Notes under the pieces: model-generated
Told to the model about the DNA's origin: nothing
The model's input: only the letters and a program-made list of their open reading frames with translations
The model's database searches: none
From: Felis catus
Lineage: Eukaryota
NCBI RefSeq assembly: GCF_018350175.1
Contig: NC_058368.1
Span: 40,426,001-40,490,000, forward strand
DNA: 64,000 bases
Direction of reading: 5' to 3'
Position numbers and translations under genes: made by a program
Shown here: one piece after another, positions 1 through 13,773 of the stretch
How positions within the stretch are numbered: position 1 is the stretch's first letter
Layout of the letters: each line of letters begins with the position of its first letter

Positions 1-185
1 ATCATTAAGAAGGAGGTATTTAAGGTGAGATACATTGAAGGAGAAAGGTTGTTAAATATACAACTGAGGGACAAGGTTCCAACTAGAGAGGAGAGCCAAT
101 GCAAAGTGCCCAAAATTGGAGAGCATGTGGTGTTTCCTAGAAATATCAAGGAGGCCTTGTGGCTGATGAAGGAAGAGTAAACTAT
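1..185 (-). mobile_element. L2 LINE fragment (5' flank of L1 insertion)
   Basis: Purine-rich decayed L2-like text (gagagccaatgcaaagtgccc...gaggccttgtggctg) that appears to resume at ~4370 after the L1. Confidence 0.55.
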
Positions 186-730
186 AACAACAAATGAATA
201 GGGAAAATCTCTAATAGATAAAGTAGATGATAGCATACAAGAACAGATGAGGGTATAAGCAGAGATAGAAATCCTAAGAAAGAACTAAAAAGAAATGCTA
301 GAGAATAAAAATTCTGTAACAAAAGTAAAGAATGACTTTGATATGCTTATTAAGAAACTAGACATGACTGAGGAAATAATCTCTGCACTTGAGGACATCT
401 TGGTAGCAAGTTCCAAAACTGAAAAGCAAAGAGAACAACAGGCTGTAAAAACAAACAAAAAAACCCCAGAACAATATCCAAGGACTGTGGGACAACTATG
501 AAAACGTAACATATGCATGTTATACAAAGGTACAAAGGTATTATACAAAGGTAACATATGTATAATGGGAATTCTATATGGAGAAGAAAAGAAAGAACAG
601 AAAAAAATATATGAAACTGTAAGGACTGAGTTTCCCCAAATTAATATTAGACACCAAACCACAGATCAGAAAACTCAAGATAACTGCCAGCAAATATACA
701 AAAAGAACTATTTGTAGGCATATCATTTTA

Positions 731-799
731 TTTATTTGTTTATTTTTAATTTTATTATTTTTTATTTTATTTTAAGAGCGAGAACATGAGCAGGGGAGG

Positions 800-841
<42 letters not shown>

Positions 842-954
842 ATCTGAAGCAGGCTCCAGGCTCTGAGCTGTCGGCACAGAGCCTGATGCAGGGCTCAAAC
901 TCATGACCTGAGCTGAAGTCCAATGCTAAATTGACTGACGTACCTAGGTACCCC
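731..954 (-). mobile_element. Can-SINE (SINEC_Fc-like) inserted in L1 ORF1
   Basis: Poly-T, (GA)n, gaagcaggctccaggctctgagctgtc body; TSD aggcatatcatttta (716-730) / agacatataatttta (955-969). Confidence 0.95.
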
Positions 955-1638
955 AGACATATAATTTTAAACTACAAGAAATCAAAGATAAGAAAAACCT
1001 TGAAAGAAGCCAGACAGAAAGAATACTTTACCTAGAGAGGAACAAAAATAAGGATTACATCTGACTTTTCAGAAACCATGCAAACAAGAAGAGAGTGGAG
1101 TGATCATTTTAAAGTATTGAGGAAAAATATCTCTGGCTATAAATCTGTACCCTGCAAAATTATCCTTCAAAAGTGAAGAAGAAATAAAGACTTTCTCAGA
1201 CTCACAAATAGTATATGCTTCTATATAATTGAAACGAAGACAGCAATGATATGTAAGGGATGGGAGGGAGGGATTAGAATCATTTGGTTATTATAAAGTA
1301 CTCATACTACTTATTAGGTGGAATAGTATTCCTTGAAAGTGGACTTGAATTAGCTGTAAATACATATTGCAAACTCCAGGGCAACCCTAATAAAAGTTTC
1401 AAAAAAAGTATAACTGCTATCCTAAGAAAGAAGAGAGAATGAAATAATATAAAATGTTCAGTTAATACCACAAAAGGCAGATAGAAAGTGGAAGACAAAA
1501 ATAGGAAAAAAAAAACAAGGGCAACAAATAGAAAACAGTAACAAATATTGTAGATAACAATTCAACTATATCAGTAATCACTTTAAATACCAATGATCTA
1601 AATGCACCAATTAAAAGATTGTCACATTGTATCAAACA

Positions 1639-1650
1639 AGATAGATTGAT

Positions 1651-1695
<45 letters not shown>
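1639..1695. repeat. (GATA)n microsatellite
   Basis: Direct reading. Confidence 0.95.
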
Positions 1696-1696
<1 letters not shown>

Positions 1697-4369
1697 GTCT
1701 CCAAAAAAAGGTACATTAAATATAAACACACACATATATATTAAAAATAAAAGGATACAGAAAAATATATCATATGAATACTAACCACAATACAGCACAA
1801 CTAGCTGTGTTAATTTCTGACAGTCAAGACTTCAAAACAGGGAAAGTTATCAGGGAAAAAGAAGGATGGGCATTACATGATGATAAAGAGGTCAGTTCTC
1901 CAAGAAGACATTCTGAGTGAGTATGTGCCTGACAACAGAGTATCACACTGTGAGGCAAAACCAATAGAACTGCAAGGAGAAATAAATGAATCCGCTATCA
2001 TAGTTGGAGACTTCAACACCCCTTTCTCAAAAATGGACCAATCCAGCTGGCAGAAAATTAGAAAAGTCGTAGTTGAACTCAACAGCACCATGTACTTGAC
2101 ATCTGCTGACTAAAAAGACAGCAGCAGAATGTACATTCTTTTCACACTTGACTAGAATGTTAACCAAATTAGATCACATAGTGGGCCATAAAACATACCT
2201 TAACAAATTTGAAAGAATAAAAATCATACAATGTCTGCTCTCAATCCACAATAGAATTAAACTACAATTCAATAACAGAATGATAACCAGAAAATCCCCA
2301 AATAGTGGAGATTGAACAACACACTTCCTAAGAACACATGGGTCCAAAAAGAAATCTCCAGAGAAATTTAAAAACATTTTTAAGTGGACTAAATAAAAAC
2401 AAGACCCACAACTTATTAAAATTTGTGGGATTCAGTGAAAGGAGTGCTTAGAGGAAAATTTATAGCATTAAATGCCTATATTAGAAAAGAATAAACCTCT
2501 AAAATCAGTAATCTGTGTTTCCACCACAGGAAACTAAAAACAAAACAAAATCAGCCTCAAAAACAAAACAAAACAAAACAGAAGAAAATAAATAATAAAA
2601 ATTGGAGGAGAAAGCAATGAAATTGAAAGAGGAAATCAGGGAAAACCAATAAAACCAAAAGCTGATTCTTTGGAAAAATAACAAAATTGACAAGCCTCTA
2701 TCCAGATTAACTAAGAAAAAAGAGAGGACACAGATTACTAATGTCAGAAATGAAAGCAGAATTAGAGACTCCATAGAAATTCAAGAGGATAATAAATAGT
2801 ATGTAAAACTGTGTTAACAAATTCAATAATATAGATACATTGGGCTATTACTTGAAAGACAGTCTGCCAAAACTCACACAAGAAGAAATATACAATTTGA
2901 ATACTTCTGTATTTATTGAAGAAATTGAATCAATCATTAATAACCTCCCAAAACAGAGAGCATCAGGTCCATCTGGTTTAACTTGTAAGTTCTACCAAAT
3001 CAGAAGAAGAAAGTGTACCTATTCTCTACAATCTCTTCAGAGGATAAAAGCAAAGAGAATAGTTTCTCACGACTCTGACGCCAGCACTACCATAACCAAA
3101 ACCAGAGAAAGGCATTACAAGAAAAGAACAGCACAGACCAATATGTCTCATGAATATAGAAGCAAAAATTCTCAACAAAATATTAGTAAATCAAATTTTA
3201 AAAAGTATAAGAATTATGCATCAGAATTCAGTGTGATTATGTCAGGTATGCAAAGATATTTGAACTCTCAAAAATTAGTTAGTGTAATTAATCATATCAA
3301 CAGGCTAAAAAAGGAAAATTATATGATTTTATCTATAGATTCAGAAGCAGCATTTGACAAAATCCAACACTCCTTAATGATAAAAACTCTTAGCAAAGTA
3401 TGGATAGATGGAACTTTTCTCAACTTGAGTAAGACTACAAAAAACTACAGCTCACATCAAACTTAATGGTGAGAAACTAGAAACTTCATCATTAAGGTCA
3501 GATATAAGGCAAGAATATTCTCTCTCACCACTCTTTTTCAACATCATATTAGGTTGTACTAATGCAATAAGGCAAGAAAGTGAAATAAAATGTGAAATTT
3601 TAGTATGAAAATAAATTCCATAATTTCATGATATGAAATTAAAAATGCATCACCATTTAATAAGACTATCCTCAATGAAACATGTATAAATCTAATAAAA
3701 TGTGTACAGAATCTATGAGGAAACCACAGAACTTTTATGAATGAAAATAAAGAAGAACTAAATAAATCAAGATATATTCCATGTTCTTGGACAGGAAGAT
3801 GTCAAGATGTCAGGTCTTCCCAACTTGATCTATAGATTCAATATAACCCCCATCAAAATCCCAGCAAATTATTTTGTAGATATTGACTAACTGATTCTGA
3901 AGTTTATATGGAGAAGGAAAACACCCAAAATAGCCAACACAATATGAAGAAGAACAAAGTTAGAGGAATGACGCTATCTGACTTCAAGACGCTATCTGAA
4001 GAAATAAAGGCAACATAGTATTGGCAAAAAAATAAACAAGTCCACAGAGGAATTTCAGGGCAGTGAAAATACTTTCCATTATAATGATGGATGCATGTCA
4101 TAATACATTTTTCCAAATACATAGGACGTGCAATACCAAGAGTGAACCCTAGTGTAAGCTATGGACTTTGGTTGATTATGATGTGGTAATGGAGGTTCGT
4201 CAATGGTAATAAAAGCACTATAGTAGAGGATGTTGATAATAGGGGGAGGATACAAATGAAGTGGGGGGAGCAGGGATTATAGGGGAATTTTTTATACCTT
4301 TCCCCCAATTTTTCTGTGAACCTAAAACTACTTTCTGAAAAATTCCTTAAAGAATTAAGTCCTTAAGAA

Positions 4370-4700
4370 ATAGTAAGATCATTTAGGGCTTTTCAGGACA
4401 TTGCCAAATCTTTGTCTTTAATTCTGAGTAAAATGAGGAAGCAGTAGGGAGTTTAAGCAGAGGATGGGCAAGTTATGATTTACATTTTAGAAAGGATTGT
4501 TCTAGCTTCTCTATGGTGAAAAGACTCTGGAGATATCAGTGTAGATGCCAGAAAACTGGTAAAGAGAATAGAATTTACTGTTGGATTATATATGGAGTTG
4601 AGACAAAGATGGGGGACAAAAATGTTATCACGTGTTTTAGCCAATGAAGAAAGGAGTTGACATCTCAAAATATGGAGACCTGTAGTAGGGTAGGTTTAAA
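4370..4700 (-). mobile_element. L2 fragment (continuation)
   Basis: tttaagcagagg...gatttacattttagaaaggattgttctagct is typical L2 antisense text. Confidence 0.65.
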
Positions 4701-6352
4701 AACTAAAATCATTACTTTTTAAAATGTTAGGGTTAAGTGTTGTGTTAAATATTTGGTGTTGATGAGAGTGGTACATGGAAAGTGAGGAAATGGAAGCACT
4801 GATTCTCCTCTTTGGAGAATCCTGGCTTTGAAGAGAAAGGAATTGAGACAATTTAAAATAAAAAGGAATAAAAGTTTCAAAAATTTAATATTAATTTAAT
4901 TTAATTTTAAACATGGTGGAAATTAATTAATGTAAATTTTTGATTGAATGGAACCAAAGATTTAGGGAGGTTCAAGTTAGAGAGCAGGGTAAGTAATCAA
5001 AGTTGTGACTAATGTCACAATAATAAACATGGTTCAAGGTCAGTAATATAAATACAACTGTATTTTATCTTCCCTCTGTCTCCTTAAAATGCATTCAGTG
5101 AGGTACTTTTTCTTTGCCTTTCAGTGAGAAGTTAGACAAGTTTTGTTACTTCCAATCACTCTTAAGAAATGGAAATTCCTAAAATCTTTTAAAATTTCAA
5201 ACGGTTTGAACTTAGTATTTAGAATTTCCAGTTATAGGAAATAAAATTGTGAAGTTAATTTAATGCCAACTATTTTCTCCTCCCTCATGTAGAGTCCTTT
5301 GAGGAATAGTCTAGGAAGGAAAGTCAAATATGGGTAGAAGTTCCTATGTGAAATTTCCAAGATGTCACCTTTCTCTGTGTACAAGGTCATGCTTATATAT
5401 AACAGTTTCTCTTGAGTAATCACCATCCCAAGTTAGTGGTGATGTCTTTCGTTAGAGGAGAGCTTCCCTTTCACTCCTGGGCTTCCTGTTGCTCTTCACA
5501 GTCACTCATATCTGAAATTCTATTGTTTTTCTATGTAGTCCTTTCCTGCTGGATGTAAACTGGCCCTAATAAGGATAATGTACTATGAGTTCTATATTTG
5601 AGTCAGAAAAAACATGCTGAAAAGTTTGGTCCCCATTTAAAGGGATGTACTATTATGTCCTAAGTATAGTGGAGACCTACCTTTGCTATTCTTCCTAAGT
5701 AGTTAATCTACCTGCGTTACTTCTGATGCCTGTTTCTTATCATTGAAGAATTCTGTCATCTTTCCCTTCTTCCTTGATGAAATAGTACCTTTTTGCAACA
5801 ATAGCTCTTTCCCAAAAATCTCTTCACAATCCTTTTCCTGAATCTCCCCTTTGGCTGTACTTTATATTCTTGAATTGGGCAAATTTGTTCTATAGTTTTC
5901 TAATTTCAGGCCTATCATCTTACATCAGAATGTCATATCTGTGGAATCCAGGTAGTTCAAACTAAACCCTTCCACTTAACATTCTGTTATTTGTACGCTT
6001 ATTGAGAAGATGGAAGGCTGTAAGTGTAATGGAAAATAATCTAACATAAATTGATATGGGAGTCAGCCAGAATGGTTTTAATTAGAGATAATATACAAAA
6101 TTTACAAAGTATGAGCTGAGTCTTGTTGCAAACATGTTCTGAGTGAAGTTCATGAAATTTATTCTAAATTACATGTTTTAAATTTTAGTAAATATCCCAT
6201 TCAACATCACATGCTTTATTGGACATATATTGATTATTTGTAATTCAACTAGTGGTTTTAATTTGCAAATTACAATGAGTGACACCAGGACAAAGTGATA
6301 CTTTATTAACCAGACATGGGCTAGGGCTCCATTTTTCACATGGATCCCACAA

Positions 6353-6700
6353 CTTTCCTTTCCTTTCCTTTCCTTTCCTTTCCTTTCCTTTCCTTTCCTT
6401 TCCTTTCCTTTTCTTTCCTTTCCTTTTCCTTTTCCTTTTCCTTTTCCTTTTCCTTTTCCTTTTCCTTTTCCTTTTCTTTCCTTTCCTTTCCTTTCCTTTC
6501 TTTTCCTTTTCCTTTTCCTTTTCCTTTTCCTTTTCCTTTTCCTTTTCCTTTTCCTTTTCCCTTTCCTTTCCTTTCCTTTCCTTTCCTTTCCTTTCCTTTC
6601 CTTTCCTTTCCTTTCCTTTCCTTTCCATCTTTCTTTTCTTTTCTTTTCTTTCCTTTTCTTTTTCTTTTCTTTTTTTTCTTCTCTTCTCTTTCTTTTGTTT
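6353..6700. repeat. Compound polypyrimidine microsatellite (TTTCC)n/(TTTTCC)n/(TTTTC)n
   Basis: About 350 bp, almost purely C/T on the + strand. Confidence 0.97.
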
Positions 6701-7024
6701 CACTTAAAATATAAATGAATCCATTTTTAGGAGAACATTCCGTGAAATTATATTTTAAATGTCAGAAAATAATTTGACTAAAATAGAAAGAAATCACAGA
6801 CTTTTAGATGATCACCTTTCTTTCAGCTAAAATACATTGAAATAACGTAATTTATACTTTTCATCTATACTTAAATAGGTTATTTTCAGGAAGAATGAAA
6901 TCTACACACACACAGAATTGTTGGGGTTTGTTGGAGGAAGGACAATCTCTAGTATTATAAACAGAATAAAGAAGAAAAAAATAAATTTAAACACCAATTT
7001 TGGTAAATTTACTGATTTTGCATC

Positions 7025-7772
7025 TAGTGCACTAGGGAAGCTTCATAAAAGAAGGTACATGAGTTGAATCTTGAAACCAGATGGAAAAGTAGTTGTCTGA
7101 TTCAAAGCATGAACAGTAAATAATCGTACAGGAGGTGGGTGGTGAGAAATAGATACGGGAACAGTAGTCAGTTACTAGGTAATAGAGGGTCTTGTATGAA
7201 TCCTAAGGAGTCTTTTATTCTGAAAGCAATGGAGAATCATTAAGCAGTTTTTATCAAGGTGAAAATTCATGTTAGTAGTATGTATGTAAAGGATATGTTG
7301 AATAAAGAATCAGAAACAGGTATCCAGCTAAGGATGCTGTTATAGTAGTTCAGTTTATAGATAAGATGCTCTATTGTCTGTGGTAAAAGGGAGAGAAGGA
7401 GGAGAGACATTAATGAATGCAAATTGGCTAGAAGAGGAAAATAACAACATATAGAAGATGAGAACGAGCCCACAGTCAAGAAAAAGATTCAGGTTTTTTG
7501 AGCAGTTGTATATTTTGGTATCAACTGATATAAAAATGAAAAGGGAAGAATTGCAGTTGGAGAAGAAATGGAGAGACAATAATGTTGAAGAAATAATTTA
7601 GTTTTGTAAATATTGACTTTGAGATGCCTACTGGATATTCAGGTGGAGATATAAAGTACACAGTTGTGTATCAAAGTTTGAAGCTCAGGTGGAGGTGTGG
7701 GCAAGGTAAACTGATTCAGTAATCAAAAGATAAGTATGTGTGGAAGTTTTGTAATAGATGAGATTATCCAGA
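7025..7772 (-). mobile_element. L2 LINE fragment
   Basis: gagatgcctactggatattcaggtggagat..., agcaatggagaatcattaagcagtttt motifs. Confidence 0.75.
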
Positions 7773-8200
7773 TATATAACCAGCTTTGTGCCACTGTTTT
7801 CTATAAGTCATATTATTTTTACATGCCATAGATAATGAAAAAAATATTCCTTTGTTCTTTTATTTGTATACTTTATTGGATTTTCCTTTCAAATTAAAAA
7901 TCAATACATACTCTCTGCAATAAGCCAAACAGCTTTCTAAAATTTCTTCGGTTTTGATTGTAAATAATTTCACTACTATCATCTTCTGAATCTTTGGATA
8001 TGTTTTCATTTCCATCTCTATGTAGTATTATTACTTTATGCACTTCCTATTGATATTCTTTTTCCTGTTTGCTCATTCAGGAATGAAAGAGATACATAGC
8101 AACACGATATTTCATGAAAGTACATGGCTTGCCTTTAGGCATGTTTACTGTCTACATGAGTATTTATACATAATTCCTTCATAGATATTAAGTTGGAGGG

Positions 8201-8525
8201 TATTTAGACTGATATCGCTAGGGGGAAAATGATTCTAAATTAAATATTTGCACACAAGACGTTTGGGGGCTGTAGTTGGAACAAAGGGTATGTAAGCGAG
8301 GGAAGCAGGACTGAGTGAAGTGTGAAGTTAAACTGTGACGCAAAGGTCTAAGCTGATTCCAAGGGCTGAGCTGTCCAAAATTGAGACAAGAGGTCTGGGC
8401 CTTTGCAGCCTAACACAAACCATTCTTTAAACACAGGCTGACCTGTCAAAGGAAATTCCAGGAGGAAGATTCAGCTCTGAGTTGTCAGCAGCCAATACTC
8501 AGCAGCTATGGTGTATCCTAGTACC
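8201..8525 (-). mobile_element. 3' LTR of ERVL provirus (LTR16-like)
   Basis: Collinear with 12440-12891 (gaagcaggactg / gaagcaggattg; ttccaggaggaagattcagctctgag...cagcagcca / ttcccaggaagaaactcaactctgag...cagcagcca). Confidence 0.75.
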
Positions 8526-11500
8526 CATTAGAGCTCCCACTTTGTGTCACTTTGATCTACATGTTTCTATAGCAAGTTCCTTTCATCTGGTTCAGATTCT
8601 CCTGGATTCCATTTCATGTCCTAGGAAAAAGTATAATATACAGGTTAGTAGGACTATTTGCAATCTCCTTTCTCCCCACTGCAGTTGGTTTCAAGACCTT
8701 AAATAATACTCATTTTTCTCCATCTGCGTACCTTTTCAAGATTCCCCTCATACTGGTTAGCACCTCTGCTGGTTTGGGTGGTTTACCTCTGTGGGGGAAC
8801 CTTTTATTCCTCATTAAAGATCTGTTCATTCTGTAGGTGATGCACTTATCCATTCACCATTAAAATTGGGCATACGAAGTACCAAAAGAAATGTCAGTGA
8901 GTTAACTGAATGGCAAACATATTCTTTCTTGCTGCTGTTTTGTAGCAATAGCCTTACCATTCATTAATGATTAGGGCCAATCATCTTACCAGTAAGTTAA
9001 TTCCTAAACTTGCAGGCCTATGGGCACAAGGAACTTGTGGGTACTATAAGTGGGTATTAGAAAAATGGAAAACAAGGCTATACTTGTTACATTTCTTGGT
9101 TTCCAGACCCAAGTGTTCTACCTAATGAGGAAAAGCAATATCTTATGGTTGGTAATTTATGGTTAAAAAAAAATATCCTGGAGAAGGTGCCCTATCTTCA
9201 TAGCTCATCAACTCTGAGTTTGCACCTCTGCTGATCCTTTAAGAGGCCATGCAGGTCAGTGGCTTCTGGGGTTGCAGTATTTGCTAGGATGAGTGGATCT
9301 CCTCCTCATGTGCCCACTGCCATATCTCTATTATAAATATTTCCTTTGGTCAGAAGCAATGATATGAGGCATCCACTGTGATTGGATTAGATACTCGGTG
9401 AACCCTTGAGAACTGTGAGCCTGGTAAGCAGGAAAGGCAAAATCAAGAATATTCATAAGTTGTATGTAAGATTGATTTTTAACCCTTCCAGGGCATAAGA
9501 GATCTTATGTAGTAAACTTATCACCGAGTGACTGATTAGTCTTTAATTAAGAATATTTCATCAGCATGGTGAATCAAATGCTATTCTGAAGAATGTTCAG
9601 ATGTTCAAGAATAAAGAATGCATTTGGTAGATTAGTGAAAACATATGTATTTGAGGTTATGCTAATCTGCAAAAAACACACCTGTCATGGTACCGACATT
9701 TGGGATTAATACTTGGGTGAGTTTGTGGTAGTAAATTCTTATTTCTCAGAAACAGTTGTGTTTTCTAAGGGGCCAGAATAATGAATTAAATAGGAAAATA
9801 ATTGTCACCACCACTCTGCATCTTTGTCCTTAAGGGTGGCACAAATCGTTACTGCTTCCTCCTGGATGTGATATTAATTTGGATTTTTCTCTTGGCTGGT
9901 AGTCAGGGGCAGATTCAGAGGTTTCTTTTTGGCCTTTTCCACCATGATAGCTCTTACTTCTCAGGCAAGTAAACTGATATTGTTTCTGTCAACAGCCTGT
10001 AAAGAACTGTGAAGGATCTGAGCTTTCACCCGCCACGGAAGACACAAAATTTCAGAGCCTGAGGGAAATATCTGATTATACACAGTAGAGCAAGCAACAT
10101 GAGTGTTATGTTTGCACAGGTTTCCCTTGTTCTCCAAGTTTTAAAGGGGAGATGCAAAGTGGTCCAGGTTGGTGCAACACACATAATGGGTTTGCTTTAC
10201 AACTGAATTGGGCATAGGTTTTTGATAATGGATAGTAAACATGCATCTGCTTTGACTTGGATGGAAGCATTTTCTTTGTTATACTGGATTGTTAACAAAC
10301 CTATCCTTTGATCTCTTTCAGCCAAGGCTATTTGCTATACACTTATCCTTAAAAAGATAGCCCAGAACAAAAGCAGTCAATGTCTCTTCTCTTAAAACAT
10401 GCAGAAAAGTGAGAGACAGATGAACACTGGTCTCTTAAAACTACCAAGAAACTATAATATAATACTCTAACTGGAGATCAGAAAAGTCCCCAATGGATGG
10501 CTCCATAGACACAGTAGACCTACTATTAAGCAGTCCTACACCAGGATTTCATTTTGGGTCTGGTTATGTGCTGTGATTTTCAGAGGTGGCTGTGATGATG
10601 CTTTCAGTCTTCAAATATTAATATCAAGTTAGACCCTGTGTTTAACACACCTCAGAATACCTGAGTATTTCCTTTCTCCTTAGTGTACGGTTACATGAGT
10701 AAACTGCCACAGGTTTCCCCCCACAGGGCGAAATCTGAGGTAATCATTGATCTATACAGTGTTACTATGATGTTACAGTGACCTTCCTCCTGAGGATGTT
10801 TCTCCCCCTAGATGTTTCTCAAATCTGCTGTATTTTTAAGCTGAGTATGTCAGTGTGACTCTTTGTTGATCAAGCTTTTCTCAACTACCTGATTATCTTT
10901 TATTTTTTGATTGATTTATTATTATTAATGATTATTATTGTCATTTATTTTGATTTAAATTAAGGAGTACTTTTGTTGGCTACTGATTTACCTTGTACTA
11001 AGCAACATTATGTTTTAATAATTTCTCTGCTAGTTTCTTTGAATCCATTCCCCCAAGTCTCATGATGGCCATATTACTCATTATGATAATTGCCCCTGGA
11101 CTCTGAAGTTTAAATGCTGCCACACAGCTTTGATAACTTTAAGACACTGTTCTTCTTACTAGTAAGCAGACCAATTCTGTAATAACATTCATTATTATCA
11201 ACACTGCCTTGTAATGAGCAATCATCACTGAGCTTCTTAACCATGCTGTTCCCCTTCATCAGAAAATTCCTTAATGCTTTGGTAAGTGCCGTGCCTTTTG
11301 TGTTTTCCCACAAAAAGTCATCTCATAGGGGACTTTCTAATGTTGCATAATATATCCACTGTAGGGTGAGAGTCTCTCTAAATTTGATCCATTCCTCCAC
11401 TGTCCTCCACTGGAATTTTTACATCACTTAAAGTAAGCCATTACTTTTTCCAAACTTCCAAGTCCCATCTACTCTCTGAATCTTCACCAGAGTGATACAA

Positions 11501-12439
11501 CATGTATCTGTGAGATTGCCCCATATTGATAAACCTTCCCATATCCAACTTTATATTTTGATCATCACCCTGAGACTTCATTTCTATATGTGCTTGCCTG
11601 GCTCCAGCTGATACATGTTGGCTTGTTAGGTAGCTTTTTTTTTTTTTTGGTATTTGATTTCTTCCTTCCTCAACAGAACCAGGAACACTCCACTGTGTCT
11701 GGGATGGTTATTTTCTTATGGCCAGGATGGAAAATGGGAATACATTTCAAGGAAGTTCATGTTTCTTTTCATAGTAGATGACTCTGCATCATATTGCAGC
11801 ATGGTCTAGGGATGGGTCTAGTATTTAACAAGGAAGAGTGAGCTACTTTAGCACTTCAACGGGATTCAGAAAAATTTGGGATTTAATGATTTTCAAACTC
11901 ATTCTAGTTCTCAGAGTTCATTTCTTTATAATCAGGACCCTGATCTTGTCGTAAGAGACTTAATTGGGTTGAGAATTCAGACATCACTGGAACTCTTCTG
12001 CTTCATTGTTTATGGTCTAAGTCCAATGTTTATGTTTTCTAGCTCCTCAAATGTAGGGGAGGAGATTAGCTTTCTATGCTGCCAAGGAATCACATTGATT
12101 TTCACACTTCACATTGCCAACCTTTATATTGACTTTCCATTGTACATGAATAGCATCCAACAATGCTATATTATTCTGTAGTCTTTATAATTACTAATTC
12201 CATCTACCTTCCAAATACATAATCTATTGCACTGGTCAGTTCATTCCCATCTCTAGGTATCCCATTCAAGTACAACAGCAACAGAGGTTATAGCAATTGT
12301 TCTGCTGTATAATTCCAAGGGCTATCATAACTCTACTTACTATCAGTGATTGAGTGCTCAGAGTCAGAATTCTGGCAAGTGATCCAGTCACAAAATCCTC
12401 CATTTAAAATTTGCTTTCTGGAACCATTCTGGGACCAAA
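8526..12439 (-). mobile_element. Decayed ERVL internal region (HERV16/ERV3-16-like gag-pol remnants)
   Basis: Lies between two related LTRs; PBS-like TGGTCCCAGAATGGTTC on the minus strand at 12421-12437; gag-like remnants (e.g. GTALTKALRNFLMKG); no long ORF. Confidence 0.7.
9998..10440. mobile_element. Solo LTR nested within the ERVL internal region (family uncertain)
   Basis: Begins tgtaaagaactgtgaaggatctgag, resembling recalled eutherian LTR consensus starts; composition break; possible decayed 5-bp TSD cagcc/ctacc. Confidence 0.55.
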
Positions 12440-12891
12440 TGTCTTCACTTCGTTTCTATGTCACCAGATTCTGAGCTGGATAATGCATACAAGAGGTTTA
12501 CTTGGCAATACATTTAGGAATGACACCTCTAAGAAAGTGATTGAAGCAGGATTGGGTGGGGGTGGGTGGGTGGAGAGTTAACTAGAGATTGAGTTGCAAC
12601 GGAATCCTCAGCTCCTTCTGTAGGGAAATATGGACCTGAGAAAACCCTTCAGAATTGTCTTGAATTGGGGTAAGGAGGCTAAAACTTTGACCACCCATAT
12701 AAAATCGTCTTTAGATGCAGACTGTCCCTGACAGGGGTCATAACTTTGGGTGAGACAATACCTTTTGTGTAAGGGCAATTCCCAGGAAGAAACTCAACTC
12801 TGAGCCTTCAGCAGCCATAATTTCCTGCTGCTAAGGGAATGTATGTCTCTTCTTCTGAGGGAGGTATCTTGGTGGCAAATCACCGTATCAA
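12440..12891 (-). mobile_element. 5' LTR of ERVL provirus (LTR16-like)
   Basis: Starts tgtc next to the PBS; matches recalled LTR16 antisense text (cccttcagaattgtcttgaattgggg...). Confidence 0.8.
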
Positions 12892-12971
12892 AAAAGGGCA
12901 AGTTAATTAATAAGTATTACACGTTGGCTGGAAATCTGTCTATAGGATATATTCAGTTAATATTAAAGAAG

Positions 12972-13200
12972 ATAGAGTATTGTGCTATTAAGAGCACGGG
13001 TTCTAGAGTAACTAAATAAATATTTGATCTTGGGTGAATTATTTAGTTTCTTTCACAGTTTTCTCACTATAAAACAATGGCAGTGAGAGTACTTATAAAA
13101 AAGAATAGTTATGTGGATTGATTAAAGGGTGCCCGTAAAATGGTTAGTGGTGTGCTTAGTATATTGCTTAGTATATAGTAATATTCAATATACAATAGCT
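12972..13200 (+). mobile_element. MIR SINE
   Basis: ttaagagcacgggttctagag...tgatcttgggtgaattattta...cagttttctcactataaaa core. Confidence 0.75.
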
Positions 13201-13706
13201 ATTTTAGGTTTAGGTTTATTGTTATTCTGCTATATGTAAGTAGGGATTTTACCCATCTTCTTGCCAGTTTCTCTAGTGCTTTGAGATGATGGCAAATATA
13301 TTTTGAAAAACGAAAACTCCCTGAATTTCCTAGCCCTAAGTGCTACCAACATCTTTATATTTCCTGCCCTCAGTGACTAGAGTCCTATTCTTTTCCAAAA
13401 ATAATTTCAAATATTAATATTATGTTAAAGCTTTGAGACATGCAGTTAGGCTTTACTTGAATCACTGGTTAGAATAACTTAGAATTTGACCAACAAGAAA
13501 ATCTGTCAGCCTAATGGAAGTACTCGAAAAATTTCCAAGGCATGATAACAAAAACTTCTAGGACGGATAGAGTTGAAAAGTTGAAGAAACTTGAATCACA
13601 TACACTTATGTTTTCCTGAGAAAAGACTGATGAGGAGGAAAAATAAAAGGAGAAGGAAGAGGGAGAGAAAGAGAAGAAGCAGAAAAAGAGGAGAGATAAG
13701 GAAAAG

Positions 13707-13770
<64 letters not shown>
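13707..13770. repeat. (GA)n microsatellite in a purine-rich tract
   Basis: Direct reading. Confidence 0.95.

Positions 13771-13773
<3 letters not shown>

Larger units (their letters stand above)
190..4350 (+). mobile_element. Old, internally deleted L1 (L1MC/L1MD-like) with ORF1, ORF2 endonuclease/RT remnants and 3' UTR
   Basis: Translated remnants IIVGDFNTPFS (EN) and ILSIDSEAAFDKIQH (RT); many stops and frameshifts; jump from ORF2 to 3' UTR at ~4045; 3' end ...ttttctgtgaacctaaaactact. Confidence 0.9.

Noticed and set aside
2840..3466. 208-aa ORF
   Set aside because: Frameshifted L1 ORF2 remnant, not a gene
5003..5020. ttgtgac-taat-gtcacaa hairpin
   Set aside because: A 7-bp stem is expected by chance in 64 kb
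6245..6714. K/R/E-rich and F/S/P-rich ORFs of 124-152 aa
   Set aside because: Translations of the TTTCC microsatellite
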